From: Candidatus Kuenenia stuttgartensis
Lineage (GTDB): Bacteria; Planctomycetota; Brocadiia; Brocadiales; Brocadiaceae
Direction of reading: 5' to 3'
Length of the DNA stretch: 32,000 nucleotides
Assembly (NCBI RefSeq): GCF_900232105.1
Contig: NZ_LT934425.1
Span: 2,340,001-2,372,000, forward strand
The position numbers and the translations under genes are program-made. How positions within the stretch are numbered: the first letter of the stretch is position 1; every line of letters begins with the position of its first letter. Below, piece after piece: positions 10,880 to 21,027 of the stretch. Under the pieces are notes generated by a model, which saw nothing but the letters and a program-made list of their open reading frames with translations, was not told the origin of the DNA and made no database searches.

Positions 10880-12256
10880 ATGCTCCGATTAAACAAACAA
10901 CGTAATACTTTAGAACCCGAAGAACATCATTTTGAATTGAAAGATTCGGAAGAACCGAATCTTTTTCGCGATATATTCCCGTACGACAAAGTGCCCAAGA
11001 TACCATTCAATTACCGGCTTAATCCAATGAATATGCCTGAAGAAATCTGGATTACCGATACTACATTCCGGGATGGCCAGCAGTCAATGCCGCCTTATAC
11101 GGTGAAACAAATAGTGGATTTATTCGATATGATACACAAGCTTGGCGGCAAAAGAGGGCTTATCCGGCAGTGTGAATTTTTTCTGTATAATGAAAAGGAT
11201 AAGGAAGCCGTACGAAAATGTATGGAGAGAGGGTATAAATATCCGGAGATAACGGGCTGGATTCGTGCGGTAAAAAGCGATTTCAAACTGGCAAAAGAAA
11301 TGGGGCTTAAGGAAACGGGTATTTTATGTTCCTCTTCTGATTACCATATTTATTTAAAATTAAAGAAGACGCGAAAACAGGCGTTGGAAATGTATCTGGA
11401 TATCGTACGCGCGGCCCTGGAAGAGGGCATGATTCCAAGATGTCATTTTGAAGATATAACAAGAGCAGACCTTTATGGGTTTGTAATACCATTCGCAAAG
11501 GAACTCATGAAGCTGTCGAGAGAAAGCGGTATCCCCATAAAAATCCGTGCTTGTGATACCATGGGAGTGGGGGTAAGCTACCCCGGTGCAGCGCCGCCGC
11601 GCAGTGTTCCCGGAATTATTTACGGACTGACGCACTTTGCGGACGTCCCTTCCGAATGCCTGGAATGGCACGGCCATAATGATTTGTATTTAGCGATGAG
11701 CAATGCAACTGCCGCCTGGTTGTATGGTTGTAGTGTTATTAATGGGGCTTTGCTGGGTTTGGGGGAACGTACGGGGAACACGCCAATAGAAGCCCTGGTT
11801 ATTGAGTACCTTGCGTTACGGGGCAACGATGACGAAATTGATACTACGGTAATTACTGACATTGCGGACTACTACCGGAATGAGATTGGATATCAGATCC
11901 CGCCAAATCAGCCTTTGGTAGGCTCTGGATTCAATGTGACCAGGGCGGGCATACATTCGGACGGTTTATTAAAAAATGAAGAAATCTATAATATTTTCGA
12001 TACCACTAAGTTGTTGAAAAGGCCTGTAGGTGTTTCTATCACGGATAAGTCAGGAATTGCAGGGATCGTTCAGTGGATTGATATTTATTATAAATTGCAG
12101 GGAGATGAGAGAATCTCTAAGGACCATCCGGGCGTGGTAAAGATCAGGGAGTGGATTGATGAACAATATGCCATGGGCAGGATTACTTCTGTTTCCGAGA
12201 AAGAAATGGTTGAACTGGTAAATATTCACCTCAAAGACGTTTTTGCCGGCAGGTAG
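10880..12256 (+). CDS. HMGL-like/isopropylmalate-synthase superfamily protein, probable Re-citrate synthase
   Basis: 458 aa; WITDTTFRDGQQSMPPYTVKQIVDLFDMIHKLGG, IRQCEFFLYNEKDKEAVRKC, CHFEDITRADLYGFVIPFA, IRACDTMGVGVSYPGAAPPRSVPGIIYGL, LEWHGHNDLYLAMSNATAAWLYGCSVINGALLGLGERTGNTPIE; resembles my recollection of the Clostridium kluyveri Re-citrate synthase. Confidence 0.8.
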   Translation: MLRLNKQRNTLEPEEHHFELKDSEEPNLFRDIFPYDKVPKIPFNYRLNPMNMPEEIWITDTTFRDGQQSMPPYTVKQIVDLFDMIHKLGGKRGLIRQCEFFLYNEKDKEAVRKCMERGYKYPEITGWIRAVKSDFKLAKEMGLKETGILCSSSDYHIYLKLKKTRKQALEMYLDIVRAALEEGMIPRCHFEDITRADLYGFVIPFAKELMKLSRESGIPIKIRACDTMGVGVSYPGAAPPRSVPGIIYGLTHFADVPSECLEWHGHNDLYLAMSNATAAWLYGCSVINGALLGLGERTGNTPIEALVIEYLALRGNDDEIDTTVITDIADYYRNEIGYQIPPNQPLVGSGFNVTRAGIHSDGLLKNEEIYNIFDTTKLLKRPVGVSITDKSGIAGIVQWIDIYYKLQGDERISKDHPGVVKIREWIDEQYAMGRITSVSEKEMVELVNIHLKDVFAGR

Positions 12257-12502
12257 CATAAGGCATGGTAATGTCTGCCATGATAAATTTCACGGCGTAT
12301 AATCGGCACCCAATTTCCGGTAGGCAGTGTTTTACCCTACATGCCTAAGCTAACATGGCAAAAACCAAACAAGCACGAAAACAGTTTTCAGTCTGCAATT
12401 TGCCGATTACAGATTGTAGATTGTAGAAGTTACCAGTAAATATTTTGCCAAAAAATGCTAAGAAATCACTGATAAGGGGTACTAAAGCCCCTGACATTTT
12501 TA

Positions 12503-12526
12503 TTTTTCAAAAAACTAAAGCGTTAC
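12503..12526 (+). repeat. Solo copy of the 24-bp terminal repeat seen at 24150-24173 / 24264-24287
   Basis: TTTTTCAAAAAACTAAAGCGTTAC; 2 mismatches to 24264-24287. Confidence 0.7.
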
Positions 12527-12543
12527 GGTTTTGAAAGAATACT

Positions 12544-13716
12544 TTGAGAGTATATGAATTTCAGGCAAAGGACATATTAAAGACGTATAGCATCTGTGTT
12601 CCCCGTGGGCGGGTGGTGTCAGCAGCCGACGACGCCCGAACGGCATATAAAGAAATCGGCGGCGGTAAGTGTGTGGTAAAGGCGCAAATACTTGCCGGCG
12701 GGCGCGGAAAGAGTGGCGGCGTCCGATTCGTCAATTCATCCGAAGAAGCAGAGTCATGTATCTCCGGCATGCTCGGCTCAAGGCTTACAACATATCAAAC
12801 TAACCAGGAATCCTTTGAAATTAAACATGTTCTTCTGGAAGAAGCTGTTTCGATTCAAAAGGAGTTCTATCTTGCCATAACGATTGATCGTTCCTTACAA
12901 TCACTTCTATTAATAGTGAGCGCTGAAGGCGGTGTTGCCATAGAAGATGTCGCGAAAAAGACGCCCGAAAAAATTTTCAAAGAACCTGTTGACCTGTTTT
13001 TTGGACTGCTGCCATTTCAGTTGCGTCGTATTACGGAAAAATTAATGATTTCAGCGAAACTGTCAGAGAAGGTAAACGAACTGATAAAAAAACTATTCTC
13101 TGTCTTTATAAATAAAGATTGTTCGTTGCTGGAAATCAACCCTTTGGTGCTCACAGAGAATAATGAACTGGTTGTGCTTGACGCCAAAATGGAGTTAGAC
13201 GATAACGCCATTTTTCGCCATCCGGAGTTAGAGTACATTTTGGCGGAACAGGATATTCCGCCTGATGAAGCATTGGCAAAGAAGCATGGGCTGAGTTATA
13301 TACACCTTGATGGAGATATCGGATGTCTTGTAAATGGTGCAGGCCTTGCAATGGCCACCATGGATAGTATTAAACTTTGCGGGGGGGAACCGGCAAATTT
13401 TCTCGATGTCGGCGGTGATGCGTCTCTGGAACAGGTGACGCGGGCGTTTAAAATAATTTTGTCCGACAGAAAAGTAAAAGCCGTCTTGATCAATATTTTC
13501 GGCGGCATAATGAAATGCGATGTGATCGCCGAAGGCATCATAAGGGTCGTCAAAGAAGCGGATATTCCATTTATCGTAAGACTGGAAGGTACTAATGTGG
13601 ATTTGGCCAGAAAAATTCTTGACGACTCCGGGTTAAAAATTATTTCTGTCGGGAATATGAAGGATGCGGCACGTTTTGCGGTAAAGGCGTCAAAAGGTGA
13701 GTATATTAATCAATAA
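12544..13716 (+). CDS. sucC: Succinyl-CoA synthetase (ADP/GDP-forming) beta subunit
   Basis: 390 aa; [87 protein letters not shown]. Confidence 0.93.
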   Translation: MRVYEFQAKDILKTYSICVPRGRVVSAADDARTAYKEIGGGKCVVKAQILAGGRGKSGGVRFVNSSEEAESCISGMLGSRLTTYQTNQESFEIKHVLLEEAVSIQKEFYLAITIDRSLQSLLLIVSAEGGVAIEDVAKKTPEKIFKEPVDLFFGLLPFQLRRITEKLMISAKLSEKVNELIKKLFSVFINKDCSLLEINPLVLTENNELVVLDAKMELDDNAIFRHPELEYILAEQDIPPDEALAKKHGLSYIHLDGDIGCLVNGAGLAMATMDSIKLCGGEPANFLDVGGDASLEQVTRAFKIILSDRKVKAVLINIFGGIMKCDVIAEGIIRVVKEADIPFIVRLEGTNVDLARKILDDSGLKIISVGNMKDAARFAVKASKGEYINQ

Positions 13717-14578
13717 GGAAACAAAGGTTGTATGCCAGGGTATAACGGGACAAGCCGGAAGTTTTCATGCAATGCAGATGCTGGAGTATGGGACTAAACT
13801 GGTTGCAGGGGTAACTCCCGGTAAAGGTGGTACGATACATAATGGAATTCCCGTGTTCGGAAGCATGCTCGAGGCTGTTAATAAAACGGGGGCAAATGCC
13901 TCTGTAATATACGTCCCGGCCTCTTTTGCCGCGGACGCTATAATGGAAGCAGTGGATGCGGAGATAGCGTTGGTGGTATGTATTACGGAGGGAATACCCA
14001 CACTGGATATGTTAAGGGTGGTAAAATACCTTGCCGCCGGAAAATCAAGGCTTATAGGCCCTAATTGCCCCGGCATTATTACGCCTGACGCTTGTAAAAT
14101 CGGCATTATGCCTGGATACATTCATAAAAAAGGCAGCGTTGGAGTTGTTTCGCGCAGCGGTACCCTCACGTATGAGATTGTATGGCAACTTACGCAACAA
14201 GGTATTGGGCAATCAACATGTGCCGGGATAGGAGGCGACCCCATCATAGGAACGCATTTTGTTGATATCCTTAAGATGTTTCAGCATGATGAAGAAACAT
14301 CGGCGATTGTGCTTATTGGCGAAATAGGCGGAAGTATGGAAGAAGAGGCCGCTGAGTATATAAAGAAGGAAATTACAAAGCCGGTTATCGGCTTTATTGC
14401 CGGCAGGTCAGCGCCGCACGGCAAGCGTATGGGACATGCCGGAGCAATCATTGCCGGTGATAAAGGCAAGGCTGTTACAAAGGTCGCAGCGTTGCAGGAT
14501 GCGGGCGCCTTTATGGTGGATAACCCTGCGGATATTGGCATAACCGTATCTAAAATTTTAAAAGACGCCGGGAAGTAG
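13697..14578 (+). CDS. sucD: Succinyl-CoA synthetase alpha subunit (GTG start, overlaps sucC)
   Basis: 293 aa; [109 protein letters not shown]. Confidence 0.94.
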   Translation: MSILINKETKVVCQGITGQAGSFHAMQMLEYGTKLVAGVTPGKGGTIHNGIPVFGSMLEAVNKTGANASVIYVPASFAADAIMEAVDAEIALVVCITEGIPTLDMLRVVKYLAAGKSRLIGPNCPGIITPDACKIGIMPGYIHKKGSVGVVSRSGTLTYEIVWQLTQQGIGQSTCAGIGGDPIIGTHFVDILKMFQHDEETSAIVLIGEIGGSMEEEAAEYIKKEITKPVIGFIAGRSAPHGKRMGHAGAIIAGDKGKAVTKVAALQDAGAFMVDNPADIGITVSKILKDAGK

Positions 14579-14831
14579 ATTGTCTTTTATTACCGGAGTA
14601 ATTCATTGCGATTGCTCCGTTACGAGCGAAGCGCCACTTCGCTCACCAAATCCCAAATCCCAAATCGTAAATAGTAAAAAGAGAAACCACAGATTGCTCA
14701 GATAAAAAAATGATAAATCGTAAATCTCTCCGGTATTTTTTCTGTTTCCTTGATAATTGCTGAGGCATTTGCTAAAGTAGCCTCGTAGTACTACAACATA
14801 AATGTTTTTATAAAGGATTATTGCGGAAAAC

Positions 14832-16940
14832 ATGTTTTTGATTATGAGGTTAATGTATCGAATAGTGCCTCTTCTCTCTGTTTTGTTGAGTGTAATATCC
14901 CTGGATGCGCATGCCAGAGGGGTAAGTAGCAGCATTAAAAGCCACGTCATTGAGGTCGAATTCTCTCTGAATGAAAATAAGCTCAGAGCAGAGGATCATG
15001 TATGTGTGCAAAAGGGCGAGAGCAATGAGGTGCTGTTTCTCATCAACAAGTCGTTTAAGGTGACGTCAATAGCGTCTTCCGGTAAGGATCTGGCATTTAA
15101 GCCGGGAAAAATGGGAAATGCTCAAACAATGAAGATTACCGTCCCGGCAACGGTAAAAAGTAAGGAAACTATTTGTTTTGACATCAAATATGAAGGACTT
15201 CTTCCTTCTCTGCCTGACTCCTTCAGCGGAGAAGACATTGGCGCTACCTCCGGCATTATTGGAGAATATGGTGTTTATTTGAGTCCCGCGTGCAGATGGT
15301 ATCCCGATATGGCTGATTCACTGGCAACATTCAAGGTTACCGTCGTTATGCCGAAAGAATATGAGGCCGTAACCCAGGGGATTCTTGTGAGTAAAAAAAC
15401 AGCAGATAATAAAGTTTCTATAACGTGGGAGGAAGGCAATGTGTCCGAGGGGTGCAGCCTTGTGGCGGGGAAATATAAAGTGACGGCAGTGCGGCATAAT
15501 GATATTGACATTTACGCTTACTTTTATCCGGAAGAACAGCCCTTGGTTGATACATATTTGGATGCAACAAAACGATACCTGGATATATACCAGGATTTAA
15601 TTGGAAAATACCCGTATAAAAAATTTGCCATTGTTGAAAACTTCTTTCAAACAGGTTATGGTATGCCGTCATTTACCCTGCTGGGCAGCGAAGTAGTGAA
15701 GCTCCCCTTTATTGTTGACATTTCATTAGGGCACGAAGTTTTGCATAACTGGTGGGGAAACTCTGTTTTTGTTGATGATAGCCGGGGGAACTGGTGCGAG
15801 GGTCTCACGACCTATATGGCGGATTACTATTATAAGGAAATAAAAGGTGACGTTGCCGCAACGACCTATCGTAACGAGATTTGCAGAAAATATACCCATT
15901 ATGTTACCACGCAGAATGATTTCCCACTGAAAATGTTTCTAGGCAGAAGCGACAAGGCAACGCAGGCTATTGGATATGGAAAAACGGCAATGGTTTTCCA
16001 TATGCTGAGAAAAATGCTGGGCGATGAGGTTTTTTACCAGGCGCTCAGAGATTTTTATAAAAATATGCTGTGGCAGCGTGCGAATTGGGAGGATATTGAA
16101 AAGGTATTTGAAAAAGTGAGCGGCCTGGAATTGGCGTGGTTTTTTGATCAGTGGGTGAACAAAAAAGGCGCCCCCGTTATCGAATTGGGTGAAACGACTG
16201 TTAATAAGGAAGGAAATGCGTGGGTTGTAAAGGCTGAAATCCTGCAAAAAACGAACGAACCGTATCGTCTTCATTTGCCTGTCTACGTACAACTGGAGGA
16301 GGGCATTTTTCATACGACCGCCGAAATAAAAAACGCTTCTGACCGTATTTCCCTGCCGGTAAAATCCCGCCCCGAAAACATTGCGATAGATCCTTACACA
16401 GAGGTCTTCCGGCGCTTGCATGCGGATGAGATTCCTCCTACGATAGACCTTGTAATGGGAGACAGTAAAATTATCATCTATCCGGCAAATTGTGAAGATT
16501 CCATGAAGGTGGAATATAAGAAACTGGCGCATATCCTGGCGAATGAACGGGATTCTATTAAGGCGGATACCGAAATTACCGAAGTGGAAATAGCGCAAAC
16601 AAGCTTGTTTATACTGGGTGGCGTGGAAGAAAACAAAATAAGCAAACTCGTTCAAAATAACTTACCCGTGGGATTATCGCTCACAAAAGATGCCTTTGGC
16701 GCTGATACCGTTATGTACGGCGATAAAAAGGATGCCTTTCTGGTAACAATAAAGCATCCTTCTCATAAGGAAAAAGGGATTGCTTTGTTTGCGGGATTTA
16801 GCCCCGAAGCGATAAATAAAGCAGGATACAAAATTCAACATTATGGGAAATACAGTTATCTTGTTTTTTCTGACGGAAATAATAGGGTGAAAGAGGTCGT
16901 TAGCATCGGGGATAGCCCGCTGCAAAAAACCCTTCAATGA
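14832..16940 (+). CDS. M1 family metallopeptidase (secreted/membrane-anchored)
   Basis: 702 aa; N-terminal hydrophobic signal; HEVLHNWWGN...NWCEGLTTYMADYYY (HExxH-x18-E) M1 zinc site; PSFTLLGSEVVKLPF upstream. Confidence 0.87.
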   Translation: MFLIMRLMYRIVPLLSVLLSVISLDAHARGVSSSIKSHVIEVEFSLNENKLRAEDHVCVQKGESNEVLFLINKSFKVTSIASSGKDLAFKPGKMGNAQTMKITVPATVKSKETICFDIKYEGLLPSLPDSFSGEDIGATSGIIGEYGVYLSPACRWYPDMADSLATFKVTVVMPKEYEAVTQGILVSKKTADNKVSITWEEGNVSEGCSLVAGKYKVTAVRHNDIDIYAYFYPEEQPLVDTYLDATKRYLDIYQDLIGKYPYKKFAIVENFFQTGYGMPSFTLLGSEVVKLPFIVDISLGHEVLHNWWGNSVFVDDSRGNWCEGLTTYMADYYYKEIKGDVAATTYRNEICRKYTHYVTTQNDFPLKMFLGRSDKATQAIGYGKTAMVFHMLRKMLGDEVFYQALRDFYKNMLWQRANWEDIEKVFEKVSGLELAWFFDQWVNKKGAPVIELGETTVNKEGNAWVVKAEILQKTNEPYRLHLPVYVQLEEGIFHTTAEIKNASDRISLPVKSRPENIAIDPYTEVFRRLHADEIPPTIDLVMGDSKIIIYPANCEDSMKVEYKKLAHILANERDSIKADTEITEVEIAQTSLFILGGVEENKISKLVQNNLPVGLSLTKDAFGADTVMYGDKKDAFLVTIKHPSHKEKGIALFAGFSPEAINKAGYKIQHYGKYSYLVFSDGNNRVKEVVSIGDSPLQKTLQ

Positions 16941-17068
16941 TTTGGTAGCTGGCATAGGCAGACCAAACAAACAATAAATAAAAAATACGAAATTCGAAGT
17001 ACGAAATACGAAACGATTTTCAAAATACAAAGTCCCAATTAAAAACCGGGTTTTGAATATTTCCTAGA

Positions 17069-17098
17069 CTCGTTACAAACAGAGAGTTTGGGAACAAG
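17069..17098. repeat. Short hairpin related to the 28.9/30.7 kb repeat arms
   Basis: CTCGTTACAAAC-AGAGA-GTTTGGGAACAAG. Confidence 0.65.
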
Positions 17099-17117
17099 CA
17101 GAAATTTTCCTCATTAC

Positions 17118-17134
17118 CTCCCCCAAAGGGGGAG
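17118..17134. repeat. CTCCCCC-AAA-GGGGGAG hairpin
   Basis: Perfect 7-bp stem with 3-nt loop. Confidence 0.7.
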
Positions 17135-17451
17135 AATGTTCCCCGCTGGCGTGGATGCAGGAAGTGGATTCGTATTTAGCATTTCGGGTTTTACTATTAG
17201 ATTTGACTTGTCTTGCGAATATATATTGCAAAGGGTGTTTAATGGGATTTGTATTTTTGAAAGCAACATTTCATAGTTGAAATTGCTTTTGCGGGAACGG
17301 CGTGTGAAGCAGGCATATTTGCATGGTTTAATGTGTTTGAAATCAGCAACTTATGGGATATTTCAACTTTCATTTCTTTTTGTCCGGCGAGGGAACGGTT
17401 TTTGTCCGTTTACAAAGGATTGTTAAACTTTTTGGAAAACGGTGGGGCTGA

Positions 17452-18192
17452 ATGAAACAAACACTATCTTTATCTTTGTGTATTTTTGCGTGGTTTTTTT
17501 ATTGCACTCTTTTTTGTTCAGAAGAGATGCTGGCAGGTGAGCATTATACCGTGGTAGAGGTGCAGGATGGGGGATGCATTACCGGATATGTCATCCGTGG
17601 GGGGGACGCCGGGATGCCTTCAATAGACTTATATGCAGGGTGGGAATTGCCGAAATCTTCCCAGGTTATTTCTGAAAAGCTAGAAGTAAACAGGGTAAAC
17701 AACGGTGTGAAGAATGCCATCGTCTCTATTTCTAATATTGTGCGGGGAAAAAAGGGGATAGTCCCGCCAATTCATCCCGTCATAGATCAGCAAAGGGGGG
17801 TATTCGTTCCTCGTGTAACGGCTATACTCGCCGGCACAACGGTTGATTTGCTGAATGGTGATGAGGAAATGCACAACATTCATACCAAATCAATGAGAAA
17901 TCAACCTTTTAATCTTGGCATGTCGTATAAACAAAGAGTCTTGAAAAAATTTGATTATCCTGAGACGATAAAACTGTCTTGTGATATACACCATGAATAT
18001 GCCTGGATTGTTGTTTTTGGGCATCCTTATTTTGATGTAACGGATAGGAACGGATATTTTGAAATATGCGATATTCCTGAAGGCACTTATGTGTTTAGGG
18101 TATGGCATGAAGAATTAGGAAAACGAGAAAAGGAGGTAATGATACGGCCGAGAAAAACAGAAAGTATAGAGATTGTTTATGAGCAGAATTAA
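17452..18192 (+). CDS. Secreted cupredoxin-like protein with C-terminal carboxypeptidase-regulatory-like (beta-sandwich) region
   Basis: 246 aa; signal peptide; EEMHNIHTKS and KLSCDIHHEYAWIVVFGHPYFDVTDRNGYFEICDIPEGTYVFRVWHE. Confidence 0.7.
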   Translation: MKQTLSLSLCIFAWFFYCTLFCSEEMLAGEHYTVVEVQDGGCITGYVIRGGDAGMPSIDLYAGWELPKSSQVISEKLEVNRVNNGVKNAIVSISNIVRGKKGIVPPIHPVIDQQRGVFVPRVTAILAGTTVDLLNGDEEMHNIHTKSMRNQPFNLGMSYKQRVLKKFDYPETIKLSCDIHHEYAWIVVFGHPYFDVTDRNGYFEICDIPEGTYVFRVWHEELGKREKEVMIRPRKTESIEIVYEQN

Positions 18193-18276
18193 TGGGAAAT
18201 GAACATTGTAACAATGACGGGTGATTTTTAATTAGGTTTTTTTTACATTCGCAACCGGAAAGGAGGATTTGCTGAT

Positions 18277-19059
18277 ATGAAACCTAAGGGTTTATTTTAT
18301 ACATTTGGCTTTCTGAGCGCCGCAGTATTTTCCTGTGCAGTGCTGACTGTTGTCATGCGCCCTAATACTGCATCAGCAATTGAAATTCCCAAAGAAGTTA
18401 CTGAAGAAGGAAAAAATGTTTACAAGAAGTATTGTGCCCCTTGCCATGGTGAAGAGGGTGGCGGAGATGGACTACTTTCAAGATCGATGCTCCCCAAACC
18501 TCGCAATTTCACACTGGGGGCTTATAAGTTTAGGACGACACCAAGCGGTTCGCTTCCTACAGATGAAGATATTTATAGGACGATATCATATGGTGTACCA
18601 AATTCTACCATGATTCCCTGGGATATTTTAACCGAGGAGCAACGTGCTTCCGTAGTGCCGGTTCTCAAGAGTTTTTCAGAAGCCTTCGAGTATCGCGAAC
18701 CGGAACCTTCCGTTGATGTTGGTCTGCCGTTGAGACCGACAGAAAGAACCATTTTGGCAGGGAAAAAAATATATGAAGAAAAATTAGAATGCTGGAAGTG
18801 TCATGGTGTTGAAGGTCGCGGAGACGGCCCAAGCGCATCGGAACAGGAAGACGATTTTGGATTTCCGATAAAACCATTCGATTTTACTACTGGTAAGTTT
18901 AAAGGCGGCAATTCGCCAACTGATGTTTATCTGAGATTTACCACGGGCTTGAACGGAACACCAATGCCTTCTTTCGCGAAAGAACTTAGCGATGACGAAA
19001 GATGGTATTTAACCCATTATGTTATGTCACTCGTTCAACCAGAGAAATGTAGAAAATAA
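18277..19059 (+). CDS. Diheme c-type cytochrome (redox-partner subunit type, kustc0457-like)
   Basis: 260 aa; signal/anchor; two CxxCH motifs (YCAPCHGEEGG, CWKCHGVEGRGDG); directly upstream of an octaheme HAO-like gene; AAAGGAGG RBS. Confidence 0.85.
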   Translation: MKPKGLFYTFGFLSAAVFSCAVLTVVMRPNTASAIEIPKEVTEEGKNVYKKYCAPCHGEEGGGDGLLSRSMLPKPRNFTLGAYKFRTTPSGSLPTDEDIYRTISYGVPNSTMIPWDILTEEQRASVVPVLKSFSEAFEYREPEPSVDVGLPLRPTERTILAGKKIYEEKLECWKCHGVEGRGDGPSASEQEDDFGFPIKPFDFTTGKFKGGNSPTDVYLRFTTGLNGTPMPSFAKELSDDERWYLTHYVMSLVQPEKCRK

Positions 19060-19111
19060 AAAATTAATAGTTTTCTGTCTTTAAATGTTGACCATACGGA
19101 GGTGTTTTGAA

Positions 19112-20749
19112 ATGAAAAAGATATTATTGGGCATGGTTGCGTTTGCTGTGATGTTGCCCGCTATAGTGGAATGGACTTCGGGCCAGTCAAATGTAGCCTG
19201 GGCTACAGAACAAAAAACCGAAGAGATTCCACCGCCAGATTTGTATAAGGATACGCCTGCCTGGTACCAGGCAGTTTACAAAGACAATGTTGGGCTGAGT
19301 GAGGGTTCAGGTCCATTTACCAAGTACTTTAAGGCACAGATGCTGGATATGTACTGGCAGCCGAACAGACATTATGAACCAATGGAAAATCTGGACCATT
19401 CAATTTTCATTGAACAGGAGAGGAGGGATTTGTGCGTTATATGTCACGAGGAAGCCACCCCAGGCATAGTAGCGGACTGGAGGAGTTCCGGACATAAACA
19501 TCCAAAAAGCACCCCCTATCTTTCAAGCAAGACCGCCCAGATAGAGAAAAACGTCGGCAGGGTTCTAGACGAGGTACACTGCTTTGATTGCCATGCCGAT
19601 ACGGAAAAGAATCAGATAAGGATGCCTACCGGTGAAGTATGCGGCGGATGTCATAGGCAGCAGTTTGATGAATTCCTCAGGGAAAGAGAGGTTGGCCGCC
19701 CAAACCACTTACAATCATGGGAGGCGAATACTATAGTTCCTTGGTATGCAGAGGCTGCGAGAAGGGGCTATTTATATGGACAGCATGGTTGTGATATGTG
19801 CCATTCCGGGGCTGAAAAGTGCGATGTTTGTCATACCAGGCACAAGTTCAGCGCTGTAGAGGGCAGGCAGCCAGAAGCCTGTATGACGTGCCATATGGGT
19901 CCTGATCATCCTGATGCAGAATCCTATGGCGAATCAAAACATGGCAAGATTTATGAAAAAGAGGAAGAACATTACGACTTTACAAAGCCACTCGTAGAAG
20001 TTCGTCCCGGAGAGGATTATCGTACGCCTACATGTCAGTACTGCCACATGTACGAAAAACATGGCAGATTTATTCATAATCCTGTTATGAAGGGTATTTG
20101 GCGTATGGGAACGGTTCCGCCTTCTAACTTAGAGTATACCTCTTCGCTCAAGGACTATCCTTACGGAATTAAGATCATCGCAGATAAGATCGATATTTAC
20201 TCAGAGGAAAATGTTGCCAAGAGGTCATATTGGTTAGAGGTTTGCGCTAAGTGCCATAGCGACCGTTTTGCGGATACCTACCTGAAATCATTGGATCAAT
20301 TCATGTTTCAGGCGCACACCCTTGCTGATCAGGCGCAAAAAATCGTTGAAGACCTGATTGCTGATGGTCTTTTATATCCTGATGCAGCGAACAGAGATCC
20401 CTATCCGTTAAGCGATGGGATTGTTAAAGAACTTAGTGCGGATTTCCTTGGCGAACCGGTTTATAATGCATTTAAGACGCTCCAGGGTAAATTCCCTGTT
20501 GTAGGACCTATTCTTGGCGTCTATGGTATGTTCTTGCAAATGCAGGATAATCCGTCTGACATCGAAAATATGTACAACAGATTATGGTTCTGGTATAAAC
20601 TACAGGGGTACAAAGGAACTGCACACGCCCAGCAGGATGTTTCATGGTGGTGGGGACAGGCTCCTATGATGATGGAAATGACAAGGATACAGGCAGAAGC
20701 TGCTCGTTTACGCAGATTAGCCGGGATTGAAAAGACAATCTCCAAGTAA
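19112..20749 (+). CDS. Octaheme hydroxylamine-oxidoreductase-like cytochrome c (kustc0458-like); ORF open from 19085, ATG at 19112 with ACGGAGG preferred
   Basis: Eight CxxCH motifs (CVICH, CFDCH, CGGCH, CDMCH, CDVCH, CMTCH, CQYCH, CAKCH) plus HAO-family C-terminal helical region ENMYNRLWFWYKLQGYKGTAHAQQDVSWWWGQAPMM; signal peptide. Confidence 0.88.
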   Translation: MKKILLGMVAFAVMLPAIVEWTSGQSNVAWATEQKTEEIPPPDLYKDTPAWYQAVYKDNVGLSEGSGPFTKYFKAQMLDMYWQPNRHYEPMENLDHSIFIEQERRDLCVICHEEATPGIVADWRSSGHKHPKSTPYLSSKTAQIEKNVGRVLDEVHCFDCHADTEKNQIRMPTGEVCGGCHRQQFDEFLREREVGRPNHLQSWEANTIVPWYAEAARRGYLYGQHGCDMCHSGAEKCDVCHTRHKFSAVEGRQPEACMTCHMGPDHPDAESYGESKHGKIYEKEEEHYDFTKPLVEVRPGEDYRTPTCQYCHMYEKHGRFIHNPVMKGIWRMGTVPPSNLEYTSSLKDYPYGIKIIADKIDIYSEENVAKRSYWLEVCAKCHSDRFADTYLKSLDQFMFQAHTLADQAQKIVEDLIADGLLYPDAANRDPYPLSDGIVKELSADFLGEPVYNAFKTLQGKFPVVGPILGVYGMFLQMQDNPSDIENMYNRLWFWYKLQGYKGTAHAQQDVSWWWGQAPMMMEMTRIQAEAARLRRLAGIEKTISK

Positions 20750-20771
20750 AAGAGCGACGGCATACAAAAAT

Positions 20772-20810
20772 AAAAAGCCCATGATATGTATAATATCATG
20801 GGCTTTTTTT
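20772..20810 (+). terminator. Rho-independent terminator of the cytochrome cluster
   Basis: AAAAAGCCCATGATAT-GTATA-ATATCATGGGCTTTTT followed by further T: perfect 16-bp stem. Confidence 0.92.
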
Positions 20811-20929
20811 ATTAAATGCGGACAAACATGAGAAAGTTGTAATATACTCAAGATGCTTATAAAATGTGAATTCTAAGTTGTTAATAGGGTGGCACTGATT
20901 TTATTTTATGGTTGGGTGGGTTAAAACGA

Positions 20930-20967
20930 TAGCGAATTCACCTTCCCAGCTATAACACTACAACGGT
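20930..20967 (+). repeat. Degenerate half-copy of the 90-bp repeat
   Basis: GGTTGGGTGGGTTAAAACGATAGCGAATTCACCTTCCCA resembles GTAGGGTGGATTAAGCGACAGCGAATCCACCTTTCCA. Confidence 0.5.
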
Positions 20968-21027
20968 ATTTTTATTTCAGATATTGCGGCAATTTTTTGT
21001 ATACTTCATCTGAAAATGAAAGAAACT

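Noticed and set aside
14603-14950. 115-aa minus-strand ORF between sucD and the peptidase
   Set aside because: Overlaps the start and signal peptide of the peptidase; translation looks non-coding. The region holds a small GAGCGAAG...CTTCGCTC hairpin only.
15939-16655. 238-aa minus-strand ORF antisense to the M1 peptidase gene
   Set aside because: Shadow ORF inside a well-supported coding gene; composition is atypical and no motif is recognisable.
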